Shown here piece after piece: positions 28,574 to 42,100 of a DNA stretch of 64,000 nucleotides. The stretch comes from Lingula anatina (taxonomy: Eukaryota > Animalia > Brachiopoda), in contig CM120646.1 in the NCBI GenBank assembly GCA_051362555.1, forward strand, positions 5,084,001 through 5,148,000. The letters run 5' to 3'. Below the pieces are notes generated by a model, which was given only the letters and a program-made list of their open reading frames with translations, was not told where the DNA came from and did no database searches. Each line of letters opens with the position of its first letter. The stretch's first letter is position 1. The position numbers and the translations under genes are program-made.

Positions 28574-28611
<38 letters not shown>

Positions 28612-28623
28612 TCTACCCAACTG

Positions 28624-28713
<90 letters not shown>
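28574..28713. repeat. Compound (GT)n/(AT)n/poly-T microsatellite
   Basis: Direct reading. Confidence 0.95.
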
Positions 28714-30406
28714 CAGTTGAGTAGAATGTGCTTGTGCCGCTAGCAGAGCGAGCCCAAATAGAAGTGCTTCGCTGGGTATAACGTATATGTATAGGTTTGC
28801 CAAAGGTACAACTTACTCCGTTATACTGCTTATGCAGACTTTGTATCTTATTTGCTCAAGTTATCATACAATCTCACGGCATGTCACAAATTCATTGGGT
28901 TAGTGCATGTAGTTCTACCTTTTTCAAGAAAGGAAAGCGTCAATCCGAAATTTAGTTTCATCTTTAAAGTTTTAAGTTTTAGTTTATTTGAACGGGACAA
29001 TTCAGTTGTTGCAGCTCCCGTAAAGTGTAGTAGTATCTCTACCGCCTTATCTAATGTACTTAGTGTACGTCGTATATTAGATGTGGAGACTGTTATCCTT
29101 CGATATACATTAGCGTCAACCGGTTCCTATCAATCACGCCTCTTGACAAGCTTGTAGAAGAGTTGATGAAATGTACCACAAATACTCACGCGGTAGTCTT
29201 CAGACCCGCGCCATATGCTAAAAAAAAAACAACTAACAGAAATCGCACTGGGTAAAACTACGGATTATATCCAACGGGATGGAGGAGAGAACGGTCAATT
29301 TGGAAAAATCTGATACAAGTGAATCATCTCTTGGCTCCTTGAAGACACCAAAACATATCTGTTATACAAACATACAGTATGTAGCCGGGCTGTATCAAGC
29401 CATTTCAAAGGGGAGGTAACTTTCTTAAAAAGTGGACCTTTTTAGATGTACCCCGTTGGTTGACCCAATCTGAGAAATGGCATAGAATTTATATCACATT
29501 TTGAGTCAGGGTGGGCATTCTCCGGCCAAAAGTTTGGTTCATTCGAAGCCCTTACCCCTACCCACGGACCTATAGCGTTAAGGTACCGGTGTACGGTAGT
29601 TCGGAGATTCACTACATGGAGGCTTCGAGGCCTCATTTGGAAGCCGAATTTTAGATGTCTGAAAGATCGTTTCCCAAACTATTTCTATGCATGTTCGGGG
29701 GTACATTGTCCTATAGTGCAGTTGCGATTTTCACCATAGTCAGTGTTCGTGGTCGTCATGGGTGATGTTTTGAAACTACAATGTATAAATGTACTTTTAA
29801 TTTTAAAGTAACCTTTGGACCAATACTCATACGGTCGCTTGACCTCTGGACTAATTAATATAGGGACCAGCAAAGATGCGGAGTCTTTTTTGCTGGAAGA
29901 ACATTTAGCCAGTTTTTTTTTCTATCTGTATTGCTTCAGTGACCCCTCAGGGCAATGACCCTCTGCGGCGTCTGGTCGTACAGAGCGGGTCACGGCTGGT
30001 CCCCATGGTAATTCCATGGACATCACCTAGGACATCAACGTCAATCTTAATAAATGATGGCGTGTACGAGAAAAGGCCATGGTCAATGCGACTGATCGAT
30101 GAATCTTCTCAGCGCATGGATTTAAATAAAAAAGGAAATCAAATCCCGGATATTGTTCTCTATGCCTGGATACCCGTGCAATGACACCGTCTGGCGCGAC
30201 GTTGATTGGCATAGATTTTTTGGGTTTAAACACGAGAATTCAATGACAGATCCAGTCGGTACATGGAACACAGGTGGGCACAGCCCTCTCTTTCGCCATT
30301 CACTCCCATCCCCCCCCCACCCCCCCACCCCCACCCACCTCCAACACCCCAGGATAAAAAGATAACCAAGAAAATGGTCCATCCCTGGATCCACATGATT
30401 TACTTA

Positions 30407-30631
30407 GACCCCATTCCCATAGATTATAGATCAATCTATCCCTGTGGGGAGTCTCACTAGATTACTGCCAGCTTAGCCGGCTTAAGCGTCTGTCCCGCCT
30501 ACTAAAAGCTGTAAGGGTGTAATTAACTATGGTGCTCGCACGGTTGACTGCAATTTAGCGTGTAACCCCAGGGAGTTAGGTCGATCTAAATCTTAATCTC
30601 TGGATTGATCTAAATCTCTGGGAATGCACTC
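30407..30631 (-). mobile_element. MITE family A copy 3 (inverted), TTA target duplication
   Basis: Reverse complement of family A; TTA on both flanks. Confidence 0.85.
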
Positions 30632-31283
30632 TTAGACTACCCTAGTCTACTGTTTATAATGTGTCGAACGAAGAAAGGCTAAAAAAATTAAAAATCCGCT
30701 GCACTCCCTGCTTCAACCCCCTCCCCCCCCCCCCCCCCCCCAACAATATTGTATCCACAAGTGGAAGGTATCACACATTACCAGTGTTACTTTGTTACCA
30801 CGGTACTGTTATAGGCGACAGACGCTGTTTTGAAAGCAATGTGCAAATCTCATTCTGCGCAGCGTTCGTAAAACTGCACACCAGTATGGCCTGCTCGTTA
30901 TCACACACTGTTTTCCTATTTTGCGTCTGAAAAATCCCCTTTGTTATTGTAATTAGTTAGAATAACAAATGACAAGCCGTCGATAAAATGACATTATCAT
31001 TCATATTGTACCGAAATGGCAAATGCTCTTACGTTTTATCGACAAACAAAGCGGCATAAGAAACAGATGATTGTTGCCGAGAATAAACAACGGCCACTAA
31101 ATTTAGAATGAAATTTTCTGGAAAAATAAGGCCAATGCTCCACGGTGCTGCATGTCATGTAAACGTACTAGCATGATGTCCTTGTACCCATAATATTCAA
31201 GGTTTATAAGAAGCTTGGAAATCAAAGGGGGGGGGGGGGAACGCGGTTTGAACGGGCAGGCAATTTAGCTTACGTCCGTCATA

Positions 31284-31390
31284 GGTCACATCCCCAATGA
31301 AACTATCAGTCTACGTAGATCGATTCAACTCCACAGGGACTCTTGCTGAGTGCAATCAGATACGACGGTAGTTGCATTGGGGTTGAGCCC
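31284..31390. mobile_element. Short family-A-related mini-element
   Basis: Contains ctcttgctgagtgcaatcag, the reverse complement of the 1377-1465 interior. Confidence 0.45.
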
Positions 31391-34300
31391 TTAAAGCATT
31401 GAAAAGTACAAGCTTGTTAACTTGAAATCATACTTCCCAACTGTACTCTAAGGTTTAATGTCATGATGGAACAAAAAGAATACCAAGAAAATGAATTCAG
31501 TGAAATGTCAGCAGTACCCTGCGGGGCTCAAGATGTCTGCTGTCTTCACCAAGAACTAGTGATTATGTATCTCCAGCGCCTGAAGTTAATCAATACCAGT
31601 GTCGATTGTCTGTCTGTCGGTCTGTCTGCCTTTTGTATAGCTGTTGGTCCTTTTAATGTCAGTATCGGAATCGCCTCTCCGTTTCATAGAATTTTTAATC
31701 CGTTTATTGTTATTGTTATCATTTGTTGATGTTGTCAGTCTAACAGACATGGCAGGCCCTTAAATGTATTCAGTGGGCGTGTACGTTCTTTACATATAAC
31801 AAACATGGATTTCCTGATGATATAAGCAACTGTTGATAAAATTATGATCGACTGGCATATAAGCTCGTTTTCGATTTCTAAATTTCTCAATTTTAACCTC
31901 ATGAGTGAAATTGACCAGCCCCTTTCCTTAAACGGTTTTGGAAGTGGTACCTTGGCCGTTAAGGGGAATAGAAATATCCAGAAAACCTAAGTTGTTGTTG
32001 TTGTATAAAGGTTTAACCTTTGCCTTGAATCCGACCTTGATCTGTTCCAGCCAAGGACGTTCAATGTACGTTTTTGGTTCCAGCCAACCATGCCCATGTT
32101 GATATTTAACCCTCCTTAAGTTCACATTATCACCAATAACTTCGATTTGCACCATGAGGGGAGGCTTTCATTCGTATAATCAATCTCATGTCGACAAATC
32201 AACGTTGAATAGCTTGGGGTTGTTTGCACAAAAGAACATCAGAACGAAGGCTGGTCATAGCTTTTAAAGCAAAATTTTTTTGCAGATTTCACTTCAGGTT
32301 AAATCTACAGTGGTCGTCTAAAAAGGTGTGACCTCTGGTCTTAAGCAGTTGCCATTTGTTTCATGTCACATGTTTCTTGGCCATAAAAATACCCAGATAA
32401 AATCTTGGGCAAGACTTATCTTGGATCAAAGAAGCTGAAATTTTAGCCTAAAAGATAATACCAATCTTTGGTCTAAAGTTCCTCGTTGAAGCAGCCCTCC
32501 AAGATAGGCAAACCAGACATAACCATCTGATGGTGTCATGGAGACGAGTAAACGCTGTTAATTATCAACAGGGTGGTCGTGATCATAATCGATCATTTAT
32601 TTTAAGAAAATAAACGCTCTAGCTCTCTCGACAAACACATCTGTCATAAGAGGACTGGCTAAAATCTAAGATCCATGAAACTAACTTGTTTGGTGGGTCC
32701 TAGCTGCAACGCAACTTTATTTCTAGCTCGATGTCGTGATCGTCGAGAAAAGTTTCCTGACGTGGTGTTTGTAACGTATCTTGTATGCCAGTGAACAGCT
32801 GATTTACTAGAACCTAATTAGATTGTGACCCAAATTAGATTTGCTCTTTTGACATATGGGTATTGGAGTCAAGCTAAGACTGTACGTGAGTATGAACACA
32901 TCAACCCAATTAAGCTCGGGACAAGGTGGGTTTGGATCGATTGGGGGCAATTATACACGTATTAGCATTCAATGAGAGTTTCTTATTTGAAAGACACAAC
33001 TGTTTTATGTAGGTCGTATGGGATGGTGTAAGTACTAATAAGATATGGCATAGACATTCCACCCCCATATTATTGTCGTATTGTTTATTCAGATTGTTCA
33101 TTATTCAGATGGGAGAGAAAAAGCATGCACTGAGGTTTGGCCTACAGAACCGTGTCTATCCACTTCAAGTACCTTTTGGGGGTAGCGGGAAAATCGATGA
33201 ACGTAATAGTTTTGTGTTATTACCTTGATCCCCCTATGTAAAGATAACCATTTCGCTCATGTTATCAGAAACCTGCTTAGAGGCCTATCTCTTTTTTAAA
33301 AGTTCATGACAGTCGGTCCCCTTTTAGTGCTTTAATTGTATTTCGGCAGAGAAGAGTAAGAATTGTAAATGGAGTGACCAACCATTCAAAAAAAAAAAAA
33401 AAAAAAGAACGAAGGGGGAGATTCCACTAGTTAGTCTGTCCCCTTGTTTCCCCCCCCTCCCCACACTCATACGCCTTTGTTATTGGTTTGAGCACAAAAG
33501 CAACGCGGAAATTTGTAAAACAGAAACATATTATGGCCTTTAGATTTAATCACATTCCTGACATCGCATAATAGAGGTTGAAATATCAAAGCGTGTTACG
33601 AAGTGGTCATATGCAGTGCACTAATGTAATGTCTTCGGGCACAAGGACGGATTCAGGCGCCATGCAATCTACTTATGTAAGGTTAGCTATTAGAGTGTGA
33701 TGTTAAAAAATTCAGAAGTTACGTGTGTTTTATAAAATTGCAAGAGTAATTTTGTCTATGGGGGGGGGGGGGGGGGGGCTTTGAAATTGTGATTGGGAAA
33801 CCTAGGCGGCAAGTAGACGAACTAGTGACTGGTCAAGTACATGGTGAATACTTCTAAAGTTATTAACTAAAAAAACTTACACTTTGATGAGAAAATAGCT
33901 TTGAAAAGTCCGTTAAATGGCCTGGACACCAACCATTCATCAAGAGGAGCTGAAACAACGGTTTATAGTGGTACCTTCAAATACCAGAGAATGCTCCAAT
34001 GACGCCGACACCGAGATTGTTGACTTTTGGTTAAGATGTAGGTCATTTGAATGTCAGAATTGCACCTGATAGCACGTATTTCAGTAGATTTTTAATGGAC
34101 CGTCCCTCAAAGGCGTTATTTTATGTAACCGCTACATGTCAGTGTTGTTCCACGATAGTCTATTTACTTATTTATTTATTTATTAAACTTCATTTATTGA
34201 GAGCAGAAACATGGTGAATCTACAATGCATTTTCCCCATGGTCCTTGTAAGATAAGCAAGACTTGGTTTACTTCTAACGGTTTTAAAATAATTCCATGTT

Positions 34301-35550
34301 AGTACAAATCGAATTGATCGATGGAGTCAACATCAAATAGTGCAGATAAAAATTCTTGCGGTTAAGTATTATATTTGAAGATAACAGGCACGAGAACGGA
34401 ATAAAAACTCCATTTGACCATCCTAGAGTAGTTTGCTTACAGATCTCTGTACGGCCCTTAGCTTTAGCTTCCCCTAAGACTGGATATATTGGAGATTTCA
34501 GTGGTTAGAACTATATTATATTCCATTTGTCCCTCAAGTAAATACTTACAGTGTAACAAATATGCATTGGACATAAACATCAATAGTTCAGATATTGTGT
34601 TATAAATGAACGAGTTCAAAATAATATTGCAGTTTTTACAAGATTAGGTGTGAGTGGTATTTCTGTTCTCCCTGTGCGTACATGTATGATGGCAGAACAT
34701 CTGCTCTCTCTCTTCGATATATGACATAATTAAGGGAAGAGAATCTTCACTGAACTCACGAGCTCTCGAGGTAATAAAACAATCTAGTCCATTGGGTCTA
34801 CCCATTTCACTGTTGAAAATCGGTGGTACCGATCGCAATGTTTTATCGTTGGTTTATTACTTTGGAATCCCAGTATTAGATTTTTTCTCAGATGTGATAC
34901 CACGCTACTGAATGAGTCAGAACATTCCCTCTCTCTCCGATGCACGATTTGGTGGTAAATGTCAGGTCTTACATCAACTTAGGTTTTAATAACAGCGCGT
35001 GCAATATTTTATGGCAAAAAAGTCATTTCCTAGCAGTTTTATCAGATATTACCGTGACGCAAAGCGAGATTCGGAATACGGGGAGAAATTAGCGCCGGGG
35101 GGGTGGGCAGATAGCTATAGTGAAATGTCCTGTTAAACGTACAGATGTGTTATTTCAAAAAAAAAAGAAAGAGTCGAGATTCATTTCTTTTTATTATCCG
35201 TTGAAGCCTGGAAGTAAGCTCTCCGGAAGTCCATTCATCTAGACTATTACACAGCTAACTGGCAGGCAGTTCACATAATAGGCCGTGATTTGGTTTCTTC
35301 ATTAAATGCGAAACTTGAGAATACTTATGTCGACACTCAAATCAAGACTTATAAGCTTGGGCATCTCGATTGAGAATAAAACATCTCTGAGGTTCTCTCA
35401 CTGATTTTCACAGGGAGATTAAGACTAGGGAGTATGTACTAGGGTATAAACCAAATCACCAGGGTAGACTCCAAGTACATCATTTCAGGTGAATTGCTTC
35501 AAAGATTGTCCATTGTGTTTAACTTATATTTCCTTTTTTTTGTTCTCTAG

Positions 35551-37055
35551 ATGTGACATCCAATTATATGGACCGAGAGAATGCTGATGCTATTGCCAAC
35601 AGACATATTGACTTCCGCCAAGGAGAAAAAGACTTGAAAAAACCATTTCAATCAAAGAGAGCACTTCCCGAGGAACGCGGAACTGGGACCCCATATCGAC
35701 ATCAAATTTCCTCGCGTCAAAGCCTTCCTGACAACCGAACGAACACGAAAGGGGTCCATAACTATTCACATCCTAAAGGCCTTCCGCACAAGAACTTCAG
35801 CCAAACCGGTCAGAATAATTCCATTATATCTCTTGATGTACAGGGCGTGGACCGGAGTTCTGAAAAGAATATGTTCGATCCCACCGCCTTTGACACGCTT
35901 CCCTCCTCTCAGTTCATGGAGATAAGAGTAGCAGATGCTATTCAAATGTACGTTCGACCGGTTATCGCTTTTGTAGGTGTCTTGGGTAATGCCCTAACGA
36001 TTGCAGTTATGCTACGCCCTACGCTGCGTGATACACAGGGGAGTATGTACTTCGTTGCTCTTTCCGCTGTGGATTTGACGATCCTTATTTTGAATATCCC
36101 AAGACACACCACCCGTGCTTACGTAGATTTTGACATCCGGAAAGTGTCACAGTGGACGTGTCGATGGCATATTTTTCTTTTGTGGAGTTTTATGGACCTG
36201 AGCGCATGGATCATCGCTGCCATCGCGATAGACAGGGCCATTGCTGTGTGTCAGCCGCTCAGAAAGAGACAAATAACCACCCGCAGAAGAAACAGAATCG
36301 TTTTGCTCTTTTTGACGTTCCTAACTTTTGCCGTCAACTTTCACGTGTTTTGGAGCTTTGGAGATTCCTTTGAAAGTTCCATTAATGGGACCACTCTCAT
36401 TGGCCACTGTGAGCTGAACACAGAGGCTGGGTTATACGCTTTCAATACAAAGGTGCGTCCGTGGGTGGACCTCTTAGTATGGAACATAATCCCACTAATG
36501 ATAATGCTCATTTGCAACTATTTTATAATCGCAAACTTAAGAAAAGTGGTGGCTCAGCGGAAGTTATTGAATTTTAAGCGGCACCACTGTATGACCAATA
36601 AAGCAAACAGGACAACGGTTTCTCTAGCTCTCATGCTCATAGCTATTAGTATATCGTTCTTCATCTTCACTAGTCCCACCGCCATCTACCTTATCATCGA
36701 ATACGAAGACCCAACAACTCAGTCTGTGGACGACGAACAGCACCTCAAGGCAAGAAAAAATATGATCTACAGCATACTGGGTGTCGTCACGGCCACAAAC
36801 TATGCCACGAACTTTATCTGTTACTGCGTCAGCGGGACGCACTTTCGACGAGAAGCGATGTCGGTCTTTGTGAAGAGGAAACCCAGCGCGTCAACAATGG
36901 AACGAAAGCTGTCGGAGTCGCCATTATCGAGAGAAGAGCCCAGTATCGTGTCCAGGGCTCTTGGTAACAGCGAGGAGGTGTATAAAATGGTCAGCTATCT
37001 TGCCTCCACTGACTATTCACCGGTGCCACAAATTGGGGAATCCGACACAGTTTAA
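35551..37055 (+). CDS. Class A (rhodopsin-like) orphan peptide GPCR, FMRFamide-receptor-like / GPR139-142-like; whole 7TM region in one exon
   Basis: 500-codon ORF with seven hydrophobic segments: GVLGN (TM1), LSAVD (TM2), ECL1 W-T-C, IAIDRAIAVCQPL (DRY variant), FFIFTSP (TM6), TNYATNFICYC.SGTHFR (TM7/helix 8). Strong acceptor (T-tract + ctctag) at 35550; the first in-exon ATG is at 35568. Confidence 0.93.
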
Positions 37056-39161
37056 AGTTGTCTTAAAAAGATTTATTGTTGTTGTTATATGTCTGTACTT
37101 AAATAATTTTGTTCAAATATTTTGTCTTATTATTATTATTATTGATCAATTTCTATGTTGGTAGTTGTGGATAATTCCAAAATATATTAAGCCACATGAA
37201 TTATTTGTTGGTTGTGGTCCGTGATAGCCAAACCAGCATTTGTTTTCAAGAAATCATCACTGATCTCTTAAATGAAGCGAGAATAATAATAAAATATTAA
37301 TGTCGCCAGAAAAAAGTTCTCGTGAATTTCATATTTTGTAAATCGACACTGTGCGAGACGTAATAGTGAAAATAACAACAGTGTTTACCCTTAGTCTACA
37401 CAATAACAATTATGGCATGTATAATGTTGATAGTGCCTTGGAATTTAAAGCAGTTTATAATCCGTAAAATTGTGGAAATCTTAATGGTGCCTGATAATTC
37501 GCATGTGTTTAGGGTACACAATTATTCCAGACATTGGCAAGGTTTCCGATACCCTTTGAATACATCTGTACTTGTGAAGGGGTTCGTGCATGTTGCTAAA
37601 CGCCAGTGTCGTAAGGGAATGGCCTTTGTGATGGAAAATGATAAGCGAACGACGCCTATGTGTGTAAATTAGGCTTGCAGGAAAAACATTTCACCACTCA
37701 GAAGTAAAATGATCCTCGTTTTTGTCACATAAGTCCGGGAGAAAAAAGCGACCGGGTTAAATGTTATCCCAGAAGCACAAAATATACTTAAGCCAGGTGC
37801 CTCTCACCACTCTCTACCAGAGCCACAGAGTTTATATTCCATTAGATATTCACGGATATTTTTCTCTGGCTAATCTGGTAAAGAGTAATTTCTCACGGGT
37901 GTCTGTGGTAGAAGGTAGCGTCTTAGGGGGCCCTGTGGTAGAGGGTAGCCTCTCATGGGCTGTTAATTTAGTTCATGTAAAGGTCAATAACAGTTGTTGT
38001 CACCTGTTGGGAGCTCTTGGTCTCATGCCATCCCCTCCTTTTCGAATCTTTATCCATTTGTTTTCAATGTTCATTTTATTATCGCATATTGCCCAATCGA
38101 TCCGAGGTATTTATTTGCATGCATGGTTTTGTTAGTGTAAGGAATGGGCGAATTCTTCAATCTATGATTGCGTTTAGTGAAAGTGTAGACTTCTTAGTGG
38201 TTTTCGTATTGAATTGTTTACATTTAGTTATACATTAAGTATGGGTGAAATATATATCTAGGTTTAAAAGATATTTAGAAAAAGACTTATTTTGAATAAA
38301 AAATGAATGTAAATAACGAATTGTTGGTGTAATTGATCGATGAAACGTTTCCTATTCACTCAAAAGACGAGAACACATCTTCGCTGCAGTAAACAATTTT
38401 ATCCACATGAAATGATAACATCGATAGTAAAATTATAAATGTTTTTAGCATCAACAAACACTTGTACTTTCAAAAACACCTCCAGTTTGTCTTAAACTTA
38501 CGCTGTGATCTATGATGTCTTCTTGGGTTTCAAAGTAGCGAAAACAACACCAATGCTTCTTTTGCATATGTGATTTGCTATCAAAACCACTTCCTGCATT
38601 CTCCAATTAAATCCGTTAAAAACCCCGTCGCACACGCTACTACTACCAGGATTGTGTGCCGACGAGAGCCATTAATTATTCGCAGAACGTTCCTGTACTC
38701 TCACATCTACCATATGACAAGTGTGATGATGCAATATGTTGACAGCAAAACTACCTCAGGATTGGAAAACAAGATAATGCACCTTTCACGTATCGCCTAC
38801 GGTATATCAGGCTCAAGCCCACGAAGCTTTTAACCTCCATAGGAAGTTCGCTTTCTAGGCACGATTTGTTATTTAATACATGGGTCTGGAAACGGAGTCT
38901 CTGGAGACGTGTCTTTAAGCAGCTTTCTTGACGTAGTGAGTAAAATCAGTCTGTTGTCATATTACCTTCGCTCTAAATAACTGAACCATATTTTATTTGT
39001 GGGAGGGAACACAAAATAATTGACTGGAAAAGGCCTTCAATAATAATTGTCATTTCTCTAATGCTTAGCTTTAAATAGATAATATTGGCGTGAATGTGGG
39101 ATTTATGCAGCGTTTATCTTACAATTATCCCAATTTCTTTTTTTTAATTTGTCAAGTTTGT

Positions 39162-42100
39162 TCAACAAACTAGTCTACCGGAGAAAGAATCAAAGCGGCA
39201 TGGAACATTTGGGTTTCTGACGGGAAGAGCCTCTCTTGTAGCTGAAATTAAAGCAAATAGAATTGTATAAATTGTATGAAATATAGTTTACTATTATTAA
39301 CCAAAACAGATATTAGTCGAGAACGCCTACTTTGGCGTGTAAAGACGAACACGCTGAAGTACACGTGTGGATGCATGCATATTCGTGCTCTCATGCTAAC
39401 ACACGACCTAATATGATCAACACTAAAGATTTGCCTGCACTTACACATACACGTAGAAATCTGTGGTTACCCTACACGTGAAAAGACGTGTGCTTTTGTT
39501 CACTTTTTGCACCTTAAATGCTAATACATTCCCATAAATCCACCAGAGCCTAAATACAGTAGGCGTCACGACCACGACACGACAGTAGATATTTGTGTCA
39601 GCTTGACTGAATCAAAACAACAATACCTAAGACAAAACCTGATTTATGTTAGGCATTTGTATCGCAGGAAAGGAAATGTACAATTTTCTCCTGATTGCAC
39701 CCCGTCAACATTAATCTACGACCCGTTTTACATAAGAGCTATAGCCCAAAGATTGTCCTGAACTTTCAGACCCAAGTTCAAGTCTACTTTCATGCACCCA
39801 AAATAAATCGGCAGTAGAGCAATGAATGAAACGCTTTACCTGGTTTATAACAGGAGAGACATGGTTTACGTTTCAGAGCAATATTTACTTTATATTTACA
39901 TATCAACAACCCCTGGTGTGAATTTAATTTGAACCGACCAAACTAAGGCCAATTTTGGAGTTTAGGCTATTTTGTAAAACCAGTCCCTGAGCACTGTATT
40001 CCTTGTGGGAACTCACCTAAAAGACGGCACTCGTTTCGTGTCACACACCTTCCGTTTTCAAAAAACGGTCTTTCCATCGGGCACATGCACCCGGGCTTGC
40101 ACGTTGTCACACAGCGTGGGGAGGGGTTAGAGCACGTGCGAGTGCACGTCAGTCCGCAGTTGGAGAATACAAGGCCGTCTGGGCAGACTGAAATTATGGA
40201 GAACGGAAAAAGGACAGTCAGTGTATCATAAAAAAATAAATTCCTTTCGGCGCAGTAAAACGGGGCATAAAATAAAAGCTTACAAACAGCGTATAAAATC
40301 CGTGTGTGAATTATGTTTCTACTCAACACACACATTTTTTAAGTGATTTTCAACAAAAAGTAAAAGAGGGCTGTGACAAAATTTTTCGCCTCCTTTGATT
40401 TGAAGACACCATTTAAAGGTTCGGTTGTTTGCAAAACTTGAATAATGGTCATAGACGGTGGTGAGCCACTAGGCTATACCGTTGAAGCCTCCGACATACT
40501 GTAAAATTACATTCGGACACAGTGGCTTGAATTTTACGAACAATTTCATTTTTTTTACCCTTCATAAATATAAAACAGGTCATTTGAGAAGTAAAAAAAA
40601 CTTAACTTGTGCAAAACATTTCGACTTTGGTGTTGCTGTAAAGCCTGCCTCAGTGGGAAGGTACATGTAACTTTCTACATCTTAAATTACTTTTTAAAAA
40701 TGAGATTAGTATAAACACACTATTTACACCTATAAATGAAATTATTCAAAGTCCCCTGGAGAGATTACCTTGAGATGGTCCGGGAGGTCTTCTTGGTCTT
40801 TGCAGAGGATTTCTAGGGGCTGGAAATGAACAAATGGTATTTGAAAAGATTAAAGCTGATATTGGACTTCAATCCTATGAAAATAACAAGGTTCTCCCTG
40901 TCCTGTGCAACCCTAATGAATCTCTATACCAGCTATCGGCCAGTGTGATCGCATCATCATTAACTATGACCAAAGCCTGTCAAAAGCGGCCAAAGGTTCT
41001 GGAACACGATTCCAACGTTTCGCCTAATTTATCTTTAACTTTATCTTTATCTTAAAGTCTGCCGAAACATCGCAACGTGAAACATCCAAATGTGTTAGCT
41101 GTGACGCCTATTTTACGCAAATGCGTTTCCATTCGAAAAAGGAAGTTTGATAATAAATGTATAAGATACATTGACTGTAGGGTGACAAAAATGCTTAGGG
41201 CAGCTGGTCACGTAGATGGTAGGAAAAGGTATACAGCTTTTAAAGTTATTTAATAATGTCAAGGAATTGGGCAGTCCCTCTTGCCCCTCCCCTTTACAGC
41301 CTTCGGTGCTGGATACCAAATGCAAATTTTCTTGGGATCCTCGAAAATGCTCCACTCGAATCATCACTAATAAGTTCATGTCTGATGATACACAATTTGT
41401 TTTCTGTGAAAAAAGGAAAAATGTTTTATGTATGTAGTGTTGTTGTTCTTTCTTTAAGAAAAAACTAAACAAACTGAAATGTTTGAGACTTACGCAGAGG
41501 ATCCGTGGTTTGCACGCGAGTCTGACCGCCAATTCTCGGAACCATGCACGTGTTCTCGCACTCTGCGCGAGATCTGAAATTATTCCCGTTGCCACGACAG
41601 CCACCATACTCAAACTGCTCACACCGTCCAGCGTTGGCGTTGTAGTGGAAGCGATCTAATCTGGCTCGGCAGGGACCGACATCCTTTCCCAATGTACATA
41701 CTTGGTTTGAGGTTTGCCCCAATCCTGTATATGTAATAGATGGTATAAGATGAAATGGTGATTTTGGCAGTTGAAATTGTATTTTCATGTATAACAAACA
41801 AGCAATCATTTTAAAGTTAGTTATTGATACTCTTATATGTTATAAAATATTTTATATATATATACTTTTATAAGTACGAATGTGCTCATATGTACACGTG
41901 TATATGTGTGTACAGTGTATATGTACCGCGTATGTACATGCATAAGTACGTCTGTATAGGTCGGTAACCATACATGTTGCTGTTTTGAGGAGTTAAGACT
42001 GCATGTACCGCGTGTATTTCTTAATATCGCGCCAACAAATATGAGCGTCACTATACTCACCGTCAGGGACACACCTAGGCGCAGGCTGGGGGCAAGGTGC

